From positions 3,924 through 67,923 of the forward strand of contig CAVUZS010000012.1 in NCBI GenBank assembly GCA_963746015.1: a stretch of DNA of 64,000 nucleotides, given 5' to 3'. The notes under the pieces are model-generated. The model did not search any database. It saw only the letters and a list, made by a program, of their open reading frames with translations, and was not told where the DNA came from. The translations under genes were made by a program, and so were the position numbers. Positions 53,403 to 63,113 of this stretch are shown here, piece after piece. The DNA comes from an uncultured Chloroflexia bacterium. GTDB lineage: Bacteria; Chloroflexota; Anaerolineae; Anaerolineales; Villigracilaceae. How positions within the stretch are numbered: position 1 is the first letter of the stretch; the number at the start of each line of letters is the position of its first letter.

Positions 53403-54955
53403 TACAAATCTACGATACCACTTTGCGTGACGGAACCCAACGGGAAGGGATCTCTCTCTCCGGCAGTGACAAGATTCGCATTGCCCGGAAATTGGACGAA
53501 CTGGGAGTGGCATTCATCGAGGGCGGGTGGCCCGGCTCCAATCCGAAAGATGCCGAATTCTTCGAGCGGGCGCGTGGCATCCGGTGGGGACATGCGCTTA
53601 TTGCGGCATTTGGCTCAACCTGCCGGGCGAAAGGCGGTCCTGATGACGATTCCAACATCAAGGCATTGCTGGATTCGCATGCCCCTGTCTGTACTGTTGT
53701 CGGCAAGAGCTGGACTTTGCATGTCACCGAAGTGCTTCGGACCACTTTTGACGATAACCTGCGCATTATTGAGCAAAGTGTCGCGTATCTCAAGGCGCAA
53801 GGCCGGCGTGTCATTTACGATGCCGAGCATTTCTTTGATGGTTATAAGGCAGACTCAAGTTATGCGCTCGAAACCTTGAAAGCGGCAGTGCGCGGTGGAG
53901 CCGAGACGCTGGTCCTATGTGATACCAATGGCGGAGCCATGCCGTGGGAGCTGTCTGGGGTAATCCGCACTGTCAATGCAACATTGGATCGCCCGATTGG
54001 GATCCATGTTCACAATGACAGTGAATGTGCCGTGGCGAATACAATCATGGCCATCCGCGAAGGCGCTATCCAGGCCCAGGGAACAATCAATGGATATGGA
54101 GAACGCTGCGGGAACGCCAATTTATGCGCCATCATTCCGGACCTTGAGCTTAAGATGGGATTACATTGCCTGCCGGAAGATCACCTGGCTATGTTGTTCG
54201 ATGTGGCGCAATTCGTGGCCGAAGTGGCCAACCTTGCGCCGGATGATCACATGGCATTTGTGGGAAAGTCGGCCTTTGCCCACAAGGGCGGTATCCACGT
54301 TGCTGCCATGCGGCGGACAGCTCTTTCCTACCAACACGTTGACCCTGGGCTGGTCGGGAACCAGATGCGAGTGGTTGTCAGCGAACTTTCGGGACGCGGC
54401 AACCTTTTAAGCAAAGCCGAAGAATATGGCCTGGGAACGTTCGACGGAGAAGAAGTGGCAGGTGTACTCAACGAGATCAAATCCCTTGAATCACAGGGTT
54501 TCTCGTTCGAAGCCGCAGAGGCTTCGGTGGCGCTGATGCTCAAACGTCATCAATCAGGATATGTCCCGCCGTTTGAGATGATCGATTTCTCGGCAATCGT
54601 GGAGCACCGCCAGGGACGGGGCATGTTTGCAGAAGCTACTGTCAAGGTGCGCGTTAAAGGCGAAGTGTTCCACACGGCGGCCGAGGGAGACGGTCCTGTC
54701 AATGCTCTCGATACGGCCTTACGGAAGGCTCTTATGGTTCATTACCCGGAGATTAATACTTTTCATCTGGACGATTACAAAGTCCGCATCCTTAATGGCG
54801 ACGCAGGTACTGCCGCATCCACGCGCGTGTTGATCGACACTCAAAGCGATGGCAAACGCTGGAGCACAGTTGGGGCCAGCACCAATATCATCGAAGCCAG
54901 TTGGCGGGCATTGGCGGATTCCGTGGAATACGGATTGATGCTCTTACATCAATAA
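53399..54955 (+). CDS. cimA: citramalate synthase (LeuA-paralogue, CimA type)
   Basis: 518 aa. IYDTTLRDGTQREGISLSGSDKIRIARKLDELGVAFIEGGWPGSNPKDAEFF is the CimA-type N-terminus. A second HMGL-like enzyme lies beside a bona fide leuA. Confidence 0.8.
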   Translation: MIQIYDTTLRDGTQREGISLSGSDKIRIARKLDELGVAFIEGGWPGSNPKDAEFFERARGIRWGHALIAAFGSTCRAKGGPDDDSNIKALLDSHAPVCTVVGKSWTLHVTEVLRTTFDDNLRIIEQSVAYLKAQGRRVIYDAEHFFDGYKADSSYALETLKAAVRGGAETLVLCDTNGGAMPWELSGVIRTVNATLDRPIGIHVHNDSECAVANTIMAIREGAIQAQGTINGYGERCGNANLCAIIPDLELKMGLHCLPEDHLAMLFDVAQFVAEVANLAPDDHMAFVGKSAFAHKGGIHVAAMRRTALSYQHVDPGLVGNQMRVVVSELSGRGNLLSKAEEYGLGTFDGEEVAGVLNEIKSLESQGFSFEAAEASVALMLKRHQSGYVPPFEMIDFSAIVEHRQGRGMFAEATVKVRVKGEVFHTAAEGDGPVNALDTALRKALMVHYPEINTFHLDDYKVRILNGDAGTAASTRVLIDTQSDGKRWSTVGASTNIIEASWRALADSVEYGLMLLHQ

Positions 54956-54974
54956 CAAATAACATGGAGATTTT

Positions 54975-56045
54975 ATGAAAGCCGATATTCTTTTATTACC
55001 CGGCGATGGCATCGGCCCGGAAGTGGTTGCTGAAGCCGTGCGCGTGCTGGAGGTTATTGCAGAAAAAGGCGGACATTCCTTCTCGTTTACTGAACGCCTG
55101 ATTGGCGGTTGTTCCATCGACAAATTTGGCACTGCGTTTACCGACGAAACCCTGGCGGATTGCAAAGCTTCGGAGGCGGTTTTACTCGGGGCGGTTGGAG
55201 GGCCCAAGTGGGATGATCCACAGGCCAAGGTTCGTCCGGAACAAGGCCTGCTGGCCTTGCGCAAGGGATTGGGTGTTTTTGCAAACCTGCGCCCGGTCAA
55301 GGTGCATCCTGCGTTGATCGGCTCCTCGCCGCTGAAACCAGAAAAACTCAAAGGTGTGGATATTCTCGTCGTACGCGAGTTGACTGGCGGTTTATATTTC
55401 GGTTTTCCAAAAGGTCGCGATGTCAAGGATGGTCGCGAACGTGCGGTGGATACACTCGAGTATTATGATTACGAGATCAGGCGGGTGGTGGAATTGGCCT
55501 TCAAGCTTGCCAAAGGCCGCAAGAAAAAAGTCACCTCGGTGGACAAGGCCAACATACTCGAGTCGTCCCGCCTGTGGAGACAGATCACTACAAAGGTGGG
55601 GGCTCAAAACCCGGAAGTAACTCTCGAGCATGTCCTTGTGGACACCGCCTCGATGCGTATCATCACCGGGCCGGCTTATATGGACGTGATCGTTACGGAG
55701 AATATGTTTGGTGACATCCTCACCGATGAAGCCTCTGTGTTGGCCGGATCGATGGGAATGCTGCCATCCGCAAGCCTGGGAGAAGCGAGCCTCGGGCTGT
55801 ACGAACCCATTCATGGGTCGGCGCCGGATATTGCCGGGAAGGGGATTGCCAATCCGGTCGGCACGATCCTGTCGGCAGCCATGGCATTGCGCCATTCGCT
55901 AAACCTGGAGTCTGAGGCCGCTTCCATCGAACAGGCAGTGGAAGATGCCATCTCTTCCGGCGCTCGCACAGCCGACCTGGGAGGAATTCTCAGGACCCGC
56001 CAGATGGCTGATGAAATCATAAAACGGATCCAGAGCCAGCCTTAA
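54975..56045 (+). CDS. leuB: 3-isopropylmalate dehydrogenase
   Basis: 356 aa. [11 protein letters not shown] and [12 protein letters not shown]. Confidence 0.95.
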   Translation: MKADILLLPGDGIGPEVVAEAVRVLEVIAEKGGHSFSFTERLIGGCSIDKFGTAFTDETLADCKASEAVLLGAVGGPKWDDPQAKVRPEQGLLALRKGLGVFANLRPVKVHPALIGSSPLKPEKLKGVDILVVRELTGGLYFGFPKGRDVKDGRERAVDTLEYYDYEIRRVVELAFKLAKGRKKKVTSVDKANILESSRLWRQITTKVGAQNPEVTLEHVLVDTASMRIITGPAYMDVIVTENMFGDILTDEASVLAGSMGMLPSASLGEASLGLYEPIHGSAPDIAGKGIANPVGTILSAAMALRHSLNLESEAASIEQAVEDAISSGARTADLGGILRTRQMADEIIKRIQSQP

Positions 56046-56110
56046 ATCAATACTTTCGACATCTTGCCAGACTCAAAATACAAACTTTAATCAAGAAGGA
56101 AGGAAACACT

Positions 56111-57055
56111 ATGAGCGCGAAATACATCTGGATGAATGGTGAAATTGTGGAATTCGAGAAAGCAACGGTCCACTTCCTCACCCCGGCCTTGCACTATGGC
56201 GCGGCAGCCTTTGAAGGCATTCGGGCTTACGCTACGGACAGCGGCCCGGCTATTTTCCGCTTAAAAGACCATGCCGAACGCCTGGCCAACTCGGCGCGTG
56301 TGTTCGGTTTCCGTGATCTGCCGTGGACGGTGGAACAGATTGCCGAGGCGATCAAGGAAACTGTGCGGGTGAACGGCCTTACATCGTGTTATATTCGTCC
56401 TTTAATCTATTTTGATGGTCCGGCCGGCAGCCTGAACCTGGATGCGGGGGGACCTGCCCTCGGGATTGCTGCCTGGGAATGGAATAATTATCTTGGTGAA
56501 GAAGCACTGGCAAAGGGGATCCGCGCCAATGTCTCTTCCTTCACCCGCCATCAGCCAAACGTGATGATGACCAAAGCGAAAATTGCCGGGAATTATGCCA
56601 ACAGCATCCTGGCGAAGACCGAATCGAGCCGCCTGGGCTTCGATGAAGCCATTATGCTCAACCCGCAGGGTTATGTGGCAGAGTGCACCGGTGAGAACCT
56701 TTTCCTTGTGCGCAACAACAAGATTTTCAGTCCTCAATTGGCCGATATCCTCGAAGGTATCACACGTGATACCGTCATTACAATTGCCAGGGACCTGGGT
56801 TATGAGGTCGTCGAAACACTCGTCTCGCGCGACCAGCTCTACATCGCGGACGAAGTTTTTGTCAGTGGTACGGCTGCTGAATGCATCGGATTACGTGAAA
56901 TTGATTTCCATACGATTGGTGATGGTAGGACCGGCCCTGTGACACGCACCATTCAAAAGGTCTATCAGGATGCCACGCGTGGCAAGTTACCTCAGTACCG
57001 GGATTGGCTTGATTATGTCAATGTGGGCATTGACATCCCACAACTCGTCGAGTAG
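56111..57055 (+). CDS. ilvE: branched-chain amino acid aminotransferase (class IV)
   Basis: 314 aa. AAFEGIRAY..., EC(T)GENLF, GITRD. Confidence 0.93.
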   Translation: MSAKYIWMNGEIVEFEKATVHFLTPALHYGAAAFEGIRAYATDSGPAIFRLKDHAERLANSARVFGFRDLPWTVEQIAEAIKETVRVNGLTSCYIRPLIYFDGPAGSLNLDAGGPALGIAAWEWNNYLGEEALAKGIRANVSSFTRHQPNVMMTKAKIAGNYANSILAKTESSRLGFDEAIMLNPQGYVAECTGENLFLVRNNKIFSPQLADILEGITRDTVITIARDLGYEVVETLVSRDQLYIADEVFVSGTAAECIGLREIDFHTIGDGRTGPVTRTIQKVYQDATRGKLPQYRDWLDYVNVGIDIPQLVE

Positions 57056-57067
57056 AATGCTTTGCTA

Positions 57068-57154
57068 ATGAATACAAACGTCTACACAACCCGCTTTTTG
57101 GCGTATTACTTTTATTACGGCCTCCACAGACTGGTTGCCGTTGGCAGCGCTTAG
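57068..57154 (+). CDS. candidate Tyr/Phe-rich leader peptide (28 aa) ahead of the aromatic genes
   Basis: My own translation: MNTNVYTTRFLAYYFYYGLHRLVAVGSA. Six of the eight residues 10-17 are aromatic (F-L-A-Y-Y-F-Y-Y). The ATG lies 13 nt after the ilvE stop. No clear SD. Confidence 0.4.
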   Translation: MNTNVYTTRFLAYYFYYGLHRLVAVGSA

Positions 57155-57183
57155 AAGCAGGTAGTTTCTCATCTGTTTATCCT

Positions 57184-57210
57184 AGGAGCGAGCCCGACGG
57201 GCTCGCTCCT
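57184..57210 (+). promoter_or_regulatory. strong GC-rich hairpin (possible attenuator) 22 nt upstream of aroH
   Basis: AGGAGCGAGCCC-GAC-GGGCTCGCTCCT forms a 12-bp stem. It is followed by TCTATATCT, which is only a weak U-tract. Confidence 0.45.
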
Positions 57211-57231
57211 TCTATATCTGGAGGAAGTATC

Positions 57232-57600
57232 ATGACCACTCGAGGCATTCGCGGCGCAATCACGGTGATCGCTGACCAGCCCGACCTTATCCTGGCTGCG
57301 ACCCATGAATTATTAGGCGAGATCATGCGCGTTAACCCCGGCTTGCAGACTGAAGATATTGCCAATGCTTTATTTACCATGACCGATGACCTTGTCTCGG
57401 TTCACCCGGCGTTGGCAGCCCGCCAGATGGGCTGGGAGTATGTTCCGATGATGTGTGCGTGTGAAATCCCCGTTCCAGGCAGTTTACCGCGTTGCATCCG
57501 GGTACTTATTCAATGGAATACTGATTGTGCACAAAAAGCCATCAGTCACGTTTACCTGCGTGATGCCGTTTCTCTTCGCCCCGACTTGGTTGTTTCGTAA
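57232..57600 (+). CDS. aroH: chorismate mutase, AroH class
   Basis: 122 aa. MTTRGIRGAITV...FTMTDDL...HPALAARQMGWEYVPMMC...CIRVLIQW. Confidence 0.88.
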   Translation: MTTRGIRGAITVIADQPDLILAATHELLGEIMRVNPGLQTEDIANALFTMTDDLVSVHPALAARQMGWEYVPMMCACEIPVPGSLPRCIRVLIQWNTDCAQKAISHVYLRDAVSLRPDLVVS

Positions 57601-57605
57601 ACGTG

Positions 57606-57674
57606 CCTAACAAAACCTGCTCCCGCTGCCGTCCTCGGCGGCGAGGACGCCGCCTAGAGCGAGGTTTTGTTAGG
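57606..57674. repeat. long imperfect palindrome (69 nt) between aroH and the DAHP synthase gene
   Basis: Outer stem CCTAACAAAACCT+GCTC (57606-57622) pairs with GAGC-g-AGGTTTTGTTAGG (57657-57674). Inner stem is CGTCCTCG-GCGG-CGAGGACG (57630-57649). No U-tract follows. Confidence 0.55.
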
Positions 57675-57754
57675 AGTTCTAAGCGAGTTTGGGATGAATT
57701 TTTTATCGACTATTCTGTATACAAATGCAAGCAGCAGGAAAGGAGAAGAATGCC

Positions 57755-58783
57755 ATGATGATTATTATGAAACCCGGTTCGACCCAAGTGGAAATCGAGC
57801 ATGTGATTGAGCAGATTCGGGGGAATGGATTGACTTCACACCTGTCGGTTGGAGAGGACCACACCGTGATTGGAGCTGTCGGGGATACGCACGCAGTCCC
57901 GACCGTAGTGTTTGAAGTGCTGGATGGAGTGGAAAGTGTCATTCGGATTTCCCAGCCATATAAGCTCGCTTCACGGCAGTTCCATCCTAAGAACTCGATT
58001 TTTCCGCTGGATGGGTTCGAGATAGGCGGTAATGAAATCGCCATCATCGCCGGCCCTTGTTCGGTTGAATCGCGTGAACAATTGCTCGAGACTGCCCGGG
58101 CTGTCCGCGCTGCCGGGGCGCATGCCTTGCGAGGTGGAGTTTTCAAACCGCGCACTTCGCCTTACACGTTCCAGGGACTGGGTGAAGAAGGACTCGAGTT
58201 GATTGCCGAGGCCCGCCGGTTGACCGGCATGCCGGTGGTGGTGGAAATCACATCTATCACGCAATTGGATATTATGGTCAAATATGTGGATGTAATCCAA
58301 ATTGGAGCGCGCAATATGCAGAATTTTGCCTTGTTGAGCGCCATTGGAAAGACGCAAACCCCGGTTTTACTCAAGCGTGGCATGGCTGCTACCATCGAGG
58401 AGTTGCTCATGGCATCTGAGTATATCCTTTCAGGCGGCAACCAGCGCGTCATGCTATGCGAGCGCGGCATCCGGACGTTCGAGACTGCCACACGCAACAC
58501 CACCGATATTAATGCCATCCCCGTGCTCAAGTCGCTGACGCATTTGCCGGTTATCCTTGACCCGTCGCATTCCACCGGCCATGCAGATTACGTCACTGCA
58601 GTTGCCCGGGCTGCAATCGCGGCCGGGGCGGACGGACTAATCATCGAGGTTCATCCCGACCCGGCGCACGCCCTTTCTGATGGCCGCCAGTCCCTGAAAC
58701 CAGAAAAATTTGCCGAATTGGTCAAACAGGTTGGCCAAATCGCAGAAGCTGTTGGGCGCCGACTTGCTCCCGTGGTTCATTAG
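57755..58783 (+). CDS. 3-deoxy-7-phosphoheptulonate (DAHP) synthase, type I-beta, with N-terminal ferredoxin-like regulatory domain
   Basis: I prefer the start at MMIIMKPG (AGGAGAAG SD); the track ORF starts at 57725. [17 protein letters not shown], and an N-terminal ~65-aa ACT-like domain as in Thermotoga-type DAHPS. Confidence 0.9.
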   Translation: MMIIMKPGSTQVEIEHVIEQIRGNGLTSHLSVGEDHTVIGAVGDTHAVPTVVFEVLDGVESVIRISQPYKLASRQFHPKNSIFPLDGFEIGGNEIAIIAGPCSVESREQLLETARAVRAAGAHALRGGVFKPRTSPYTFQGLGEEGLELIAEARRLTGMPVVVEITSITQLDIMVKYVDVIQIGARNMQNFALLSAIGKTQTPVLLKRGMAATIEELLMASEYILSGGNQRVMLCERGIRTFETATRNTTDINAIPVLKSLTHLPVILDPSHSTGHADYVTAVARAAIAAGADGLIIEVHPDPAHALSDGRQSLKPEKFAELVKQVGQIAEAVGRRLAPVVH

Positions 58784-58791
58784 GCTTTATT

Positions 58792-59646
58792 ATGTCTGGC
58801 GATGATGGCTTTTTTCTGGCGAAATCGAGAATAGCGATTATTGGCTTGGGACTGATGGGCGGCTCGCTTGCCATGGCCCTGAAAGGTAAATGTGAGGATT
58901 TACTGGCGGTGGTGCCGCGTCCCAGCACCCGCGAACTGGCACTCCGCCTGAAAATAGTTTCCCAGGCCGATGAAGACCCTGCGAAGATCCTTCCGCATGC
59001 AGACGTGATAATCCTTTCCACGCCAGTCCCAGCCATCCTGGACTGGCTTGCACGCTTGCCGGAATATACATCCCAGCCATGTGTTGTCATTGATATGGGT
59101 TCGAGCAAGCAGATTATTGTCCAGGCAATGAACCATTTGCCGGCAAGGTTCAGCGCTCTCGGCGGGCATCCCATTTGCGGGAAAGAAAACCTTTCTCTTG
59201 AAAATGCGGAGGCGACGCTTTATCAGAATGCTCCTTTTGTCCTCACGCCTCCTGCATATATCTCCATGCGGGCCAGCGCCGCGGCTTTGCAGATTATCAG
59301 CGCGATAGGTGCCCGTCCGGTCTGGTTGGATGCGGTTACTCACGACCGCCTGCTTGCTTTTACCAGCCACCTGCCATTCTTGCTGGCATCTGCGCTTGCC
59401 ATGACGGCTCCCGAAGGTGCCGCTCCGCTGGTCGGCCCTGGTTTTAATTCCACATCCCGCCTTGCATCCACTCCTTCCAGCATGATGCTGGGTATATTGC
59501 AGACGAACCGGGAAAATGTTTTGGAGGCCATTTCAATTTTTCGAGGTAACCTGGATTACCTGGAGCAAGCTATCCGTTCCGAGGATTTCGATCAACTCGC
59601 TGAAATCCTGGATAGTGCCAGGCTGAAACGTCAAAAATTCTTGTAG
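58792..59646 (+). CDS. tyrA: prephenate/arogenate dehydrogenase
   Basis: 284 aa. IAIIGLGLMGGSLA Rossmann motif and GGHPICG. Confidence 0.88.
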   Translation: MSGDDGFFLAKSRIAIIGLGLMGGSLAMALKGKCEDLLAVVPRPSTRELALRLKIVSQADEDPAKILPHADVIILSTPVPAILDWLARLPEYTSQPCVVIDMGSSKQIIVQAMNHLPARFSALGGHPICGKENLSLENAEATLYQNAPFVLTPPAYISMRASAAALQIISAIGARPVWLDAVTHDRLLAFTSHLPFLLASALAMTAPEGAAPLVGPGFNSTSRLASTPSSMMLGILQTNRENVLEAISIFRGNLDYLEQAIRSEDFDQLAEILDSARLKRQKFL

Positions 59647-59694
59647 AATGCCATCTTCAGGCATAACTCTTCACACAGGTAAACCGCCAAGCAA

Positions 59695-61038
59695 ATGAAC
59701 AATGTCACCGCAGGTAATCAAGAATCCATCACTGAGATTATCCCCATCTCACACCCTCTGCATGCCAGCGTGCGTGTCCCCGGTTCCAAGAGCCTGACGA
59801 ACCGTGCCCTCCTGGTCGCCTCCCTGGCCGAAGGGATAACCGTCTTGCACAATGCCCTCTTTTCGGATGACTCATACTATTTCGCCGGAGCACTCCGGCA
59901 ACTTGGGATTTGATGTCGACCCTCGACTCTGCCCATGCTGAAATGACAGTAACTGGCCTGGGTGGGGTCATCCCGGCGCAAAAGGCGGAGCTCTTCATTG
60001 GAAATGCCGGAACGGCAGCACGCTTCCTGACCGCTTTCCTGACACTGGGAAATGGCAATTATATCCTGGATGGCGATGCCCGTATGCGTGAGCGTCCGAT
60101 TGGCGACCTTGTGTCTGCCCTTGAACAACTGGGTGCAAAGATCGTTAATCTCAATACCCCTCAGGTGCGAGATCATCCATTGGCGCCTCTCAATCCATCT
60201 GCCCGCCCGTCAAAATCCTCGCTTCCGGCTTACCGGGTGGGCGGGCAGAAATTGCTGGGAATATATCCAGCCAGTTCCTTTCCGGCCTGCTGATGGTTGC
60301 GCCTTATGCCCGTAACCCGGTTGAATTGATTGTAACCACGGAACTTAATTCCAAGCCCTATGTGGAGTTGACCTTGGCCGTTATGTCTGATTTTGGAGTG
60401 GAGGTGACCCGCCAGAGCTACGAGCGATTTCGGCATTCAGCCTGCCCATTATCAACCAAGGCCGGTTTACGTCGATCGAATCTGACGCATCGGCCGCCTC
60501 CTATTTTTTTGCTGCCCCCGCCATTCTGGGGGGTAGAGTGCGTGTAGAAAACATTACTCGGCGCTCGAAACAGGGCGATATTGCCTTTCTGGATATTCTC
60601 CAGCAAATGGGCTGCACGGTTATCGAAGGTAAAGAGTATGTCGAAGTTGCTGGACCCTTATCCCTGCACGGCGTAGATGTGGATATGCGGGATATCTCCG
60701 ATACCGCCCAGACCCTGGCGGCCATTGCGCCTTTTGCCGACTCGCCCACGCGCATCCGGGGGATTGGATTTGTCCGTGCCAAAGAAACCAATCGAATTTC
60801 TGACACGTGTACAGAATTGGCCCGCCTTGGCGTGGAGGTGCAGGAGCATCCCGATGGATTGACGATCCAGCCGTGTGCGGACATACAGCCGGCATGTATC
60901 CATACTTACAACGACCATCGCATGGCTATGGCATTTGCCCTGATCGGTTTACGCATACCCGGTGTGAGCATCGAAAATCCTGCCTGTGTTTCCAAGACAT
61001 TTCCCGATTATTTTAAAGTGTTGGAGAGCTTACGATGA
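59695..61038 (+). CDS. aroA: 3-phosphoshikimate 1-carboxyvinyltransferase (EPSP synthase), about three frameshifts
   Basis: [20 protein letters not shown] (ORF 59695..59913), [10 protein letters not shown] (59910..60293), and the C-terminal ...HRMAMAFAL... (60538..61038). An intermediate piece lies in ORF 60293..60547. Confidence 0.9.
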
Positions 61039-61885
61039 TCCGCCTTGGGTTGATCGGGCTATCCTCTTTCGCATAGTTTATCGCCTAAACTTCATGAGGC
61101 TGCGCTTGCAGCATTGGCCCTGAAGGGCGAATACTTGTTATACCCGGTTGCTCCCGATCGAAATGGAAGACTTGCCGAACTGGCAAGTCGCATGCGCAAC
61201 GGCGAAATTACATGGCCTGAACGTTACCATCCCGCATAAGCAGGCGATCATCCCATTCTTGGATGAATTGACCCCTTCCGCCCTGGCGATTGGGGCGGTA
61301 AATACTTTATTTTGTAAAGACGGCAAGCTGATCGGGCACAACACGGATGCGCCGGGGTTCCTGGCCGATCTGACGAAATTTTTGAAGAATACGAATGCTG
61401 AGAAAGAGGCGCTCATCATGGGCGCGGGCGGAGCGGCGCGGGCAGTTGTTTATGCTTTGCTGGCAGATGGTTGGAACGTGACACTTGCCGTCCGCCGCGC
61501 GGACGTGGATCAGGCAGGCGCGTTAATCGAGTCATTCAAGCAGCAGGCGGGTGCCGGATGCATGCGCTCAACGCTGTTAGAACCCGGAGATTTGAACCTG
61601 CACAGGAAGGGGATACGGCTTATCGTCAATGCCACACCCATTGGTATGTCCCCTGAAACGGAATCTTCTCCCTGGCCGGTTGGCCTGCCGCTCCCGCAGG
61701 GGGCGGCGGTTTATGACTTGGTCTACAACCCCCGCCAGACGCGCCTGGTACGGGAAGCGCAGGCAGCCGGTCTGCAGGCGACTACCGGGCTGGGGATGCT
61801 GGTGGAGCAGGCGGCACTGTCGTTCGCCTGTTGGACGGGGCGGGAAGTGCCCCGTGAAGTGATGTTTGCGGCAGCGGAGGCATGA
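61035..61885 (+). CDS. aroE: shikimate dehydrogenase (N-terminal frameshifts)
   Basis: ATG 61035 overlaps the aroA stop. MIRLGLIG.. and ..[11 protein letters not shown].. appear in shifted frames. ORF 61148..61885 carries GLNVTIPHK and GAGGAARAV. Confidence 0.88.
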
Positions 61886-63111
61886 TGTTGCGATTCCTGA
61901 CTGCAGGTGAAAGCCATGGCCCGGCGCTTACGGCCATCCTGGAAGGCATCCCGGCTGGGCTGCACTTTCGCCGGAAGTGATTAACCAGGAACTGGCGCGC
62001 CGCCAACAAGGTTATGGTTCCGGTGGGCGTATGAAAATCGAGAAGGATGCCGTGCGGATATTGGGCGGCGTGATGGGCGGCGTGACAACCGGCGCGCCGT
62101 TGGCAATGCTGGTGGAAAATGCCGACCATGCGAAATGGAAAGGCAAAGCGGTGGAAGCGATGACCATTCCCCGGCCCGGCCATGCTGACCTGACCGGCGC
62201 AGTCAAATATGGTTACCGTGACCTGCGTCCCGCACTGGAACGCGCCTCGGCGCGTGAAACGACCATGCGCGTGGCGGTGGGCGCGGTTTGCAGATATTTC
62301 CTCTCCCAGTTTGGTATTGTCGTGGGTGGATACGTGCGGGCGATTGGCGATATCTCGGCGGATTTTACAGGCATGCCCTATCTCGAGCGGTTTTCACGCG
62401 CTGAAGAGAATGATGTGCGCTGTCCGGATGCAGCCGCGGCGGACAAGATGCGCTTCCATATAGAGCAGATCATCCATAACAAGGATACCCTGGGCGGCCT
62501 GGTGGAAGTGGTCGCACTCGGCGTTCCGGCCGGGTTGGGTTCATTCGCCCAATGGGATCGGCGGTTGGAAGCGCGCCTCGGGGCGGCGCTGTTGAGTGTG
62601 CAGGCCATCAAGGGCGTCGAGATTGGCGATGCATGGGAGAGTACCAGGCGGATTGGAACGCAGGCGCAGGATGCGATCGAATTGGAGAATGGGGAAGAGA
62701 GAATAGGGAATAGTAATGGGAGCGGAAATAGATCTTCATGCAACCCTCAAGATTCTCTCTCCCGCCCGACCAATCGCGGCAGGTGGAATCGAAGGGGGCA
62801 TCAGCAATGGAGAGCCGATCGTCGTCCGTGCTGCCATGAAACCGATTGCGACCACGCTGACACCGCAGGATACCGTTGACCTGGCATCCGGCGCGCCGAC
62901 ACCTACACGTTACGAACGCTCGGATTTTTGCCCCGTGCCGCGGGCTGTGCCGATCCTCGAAGCTATGGTGGCTTTCGTGCTGGCCGAAGCGTTGATCGAA
63001 AAACTTGGAGGTGATTCGCTGAATGAGATGCTGCCGCGTTTCGAGTCGCTTCGGAAGGCCCGACTTGATGATTTGCCGATGGATGGCGTTTCCAGAGTTT
63101 GGTGGGAGTAA
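61882..63111 (+). CDS. aroC: chorismate synthase (about two frameshifts)
   Basis: ATG 61882 overlaps the aroE stop. [16 protein letters not shown], then ORF 61977..62879 (..[21 protein letters not shown]..), then ORF 62716..63111. Confidence 0.9.
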
Positions 63112-63113
63112 TC

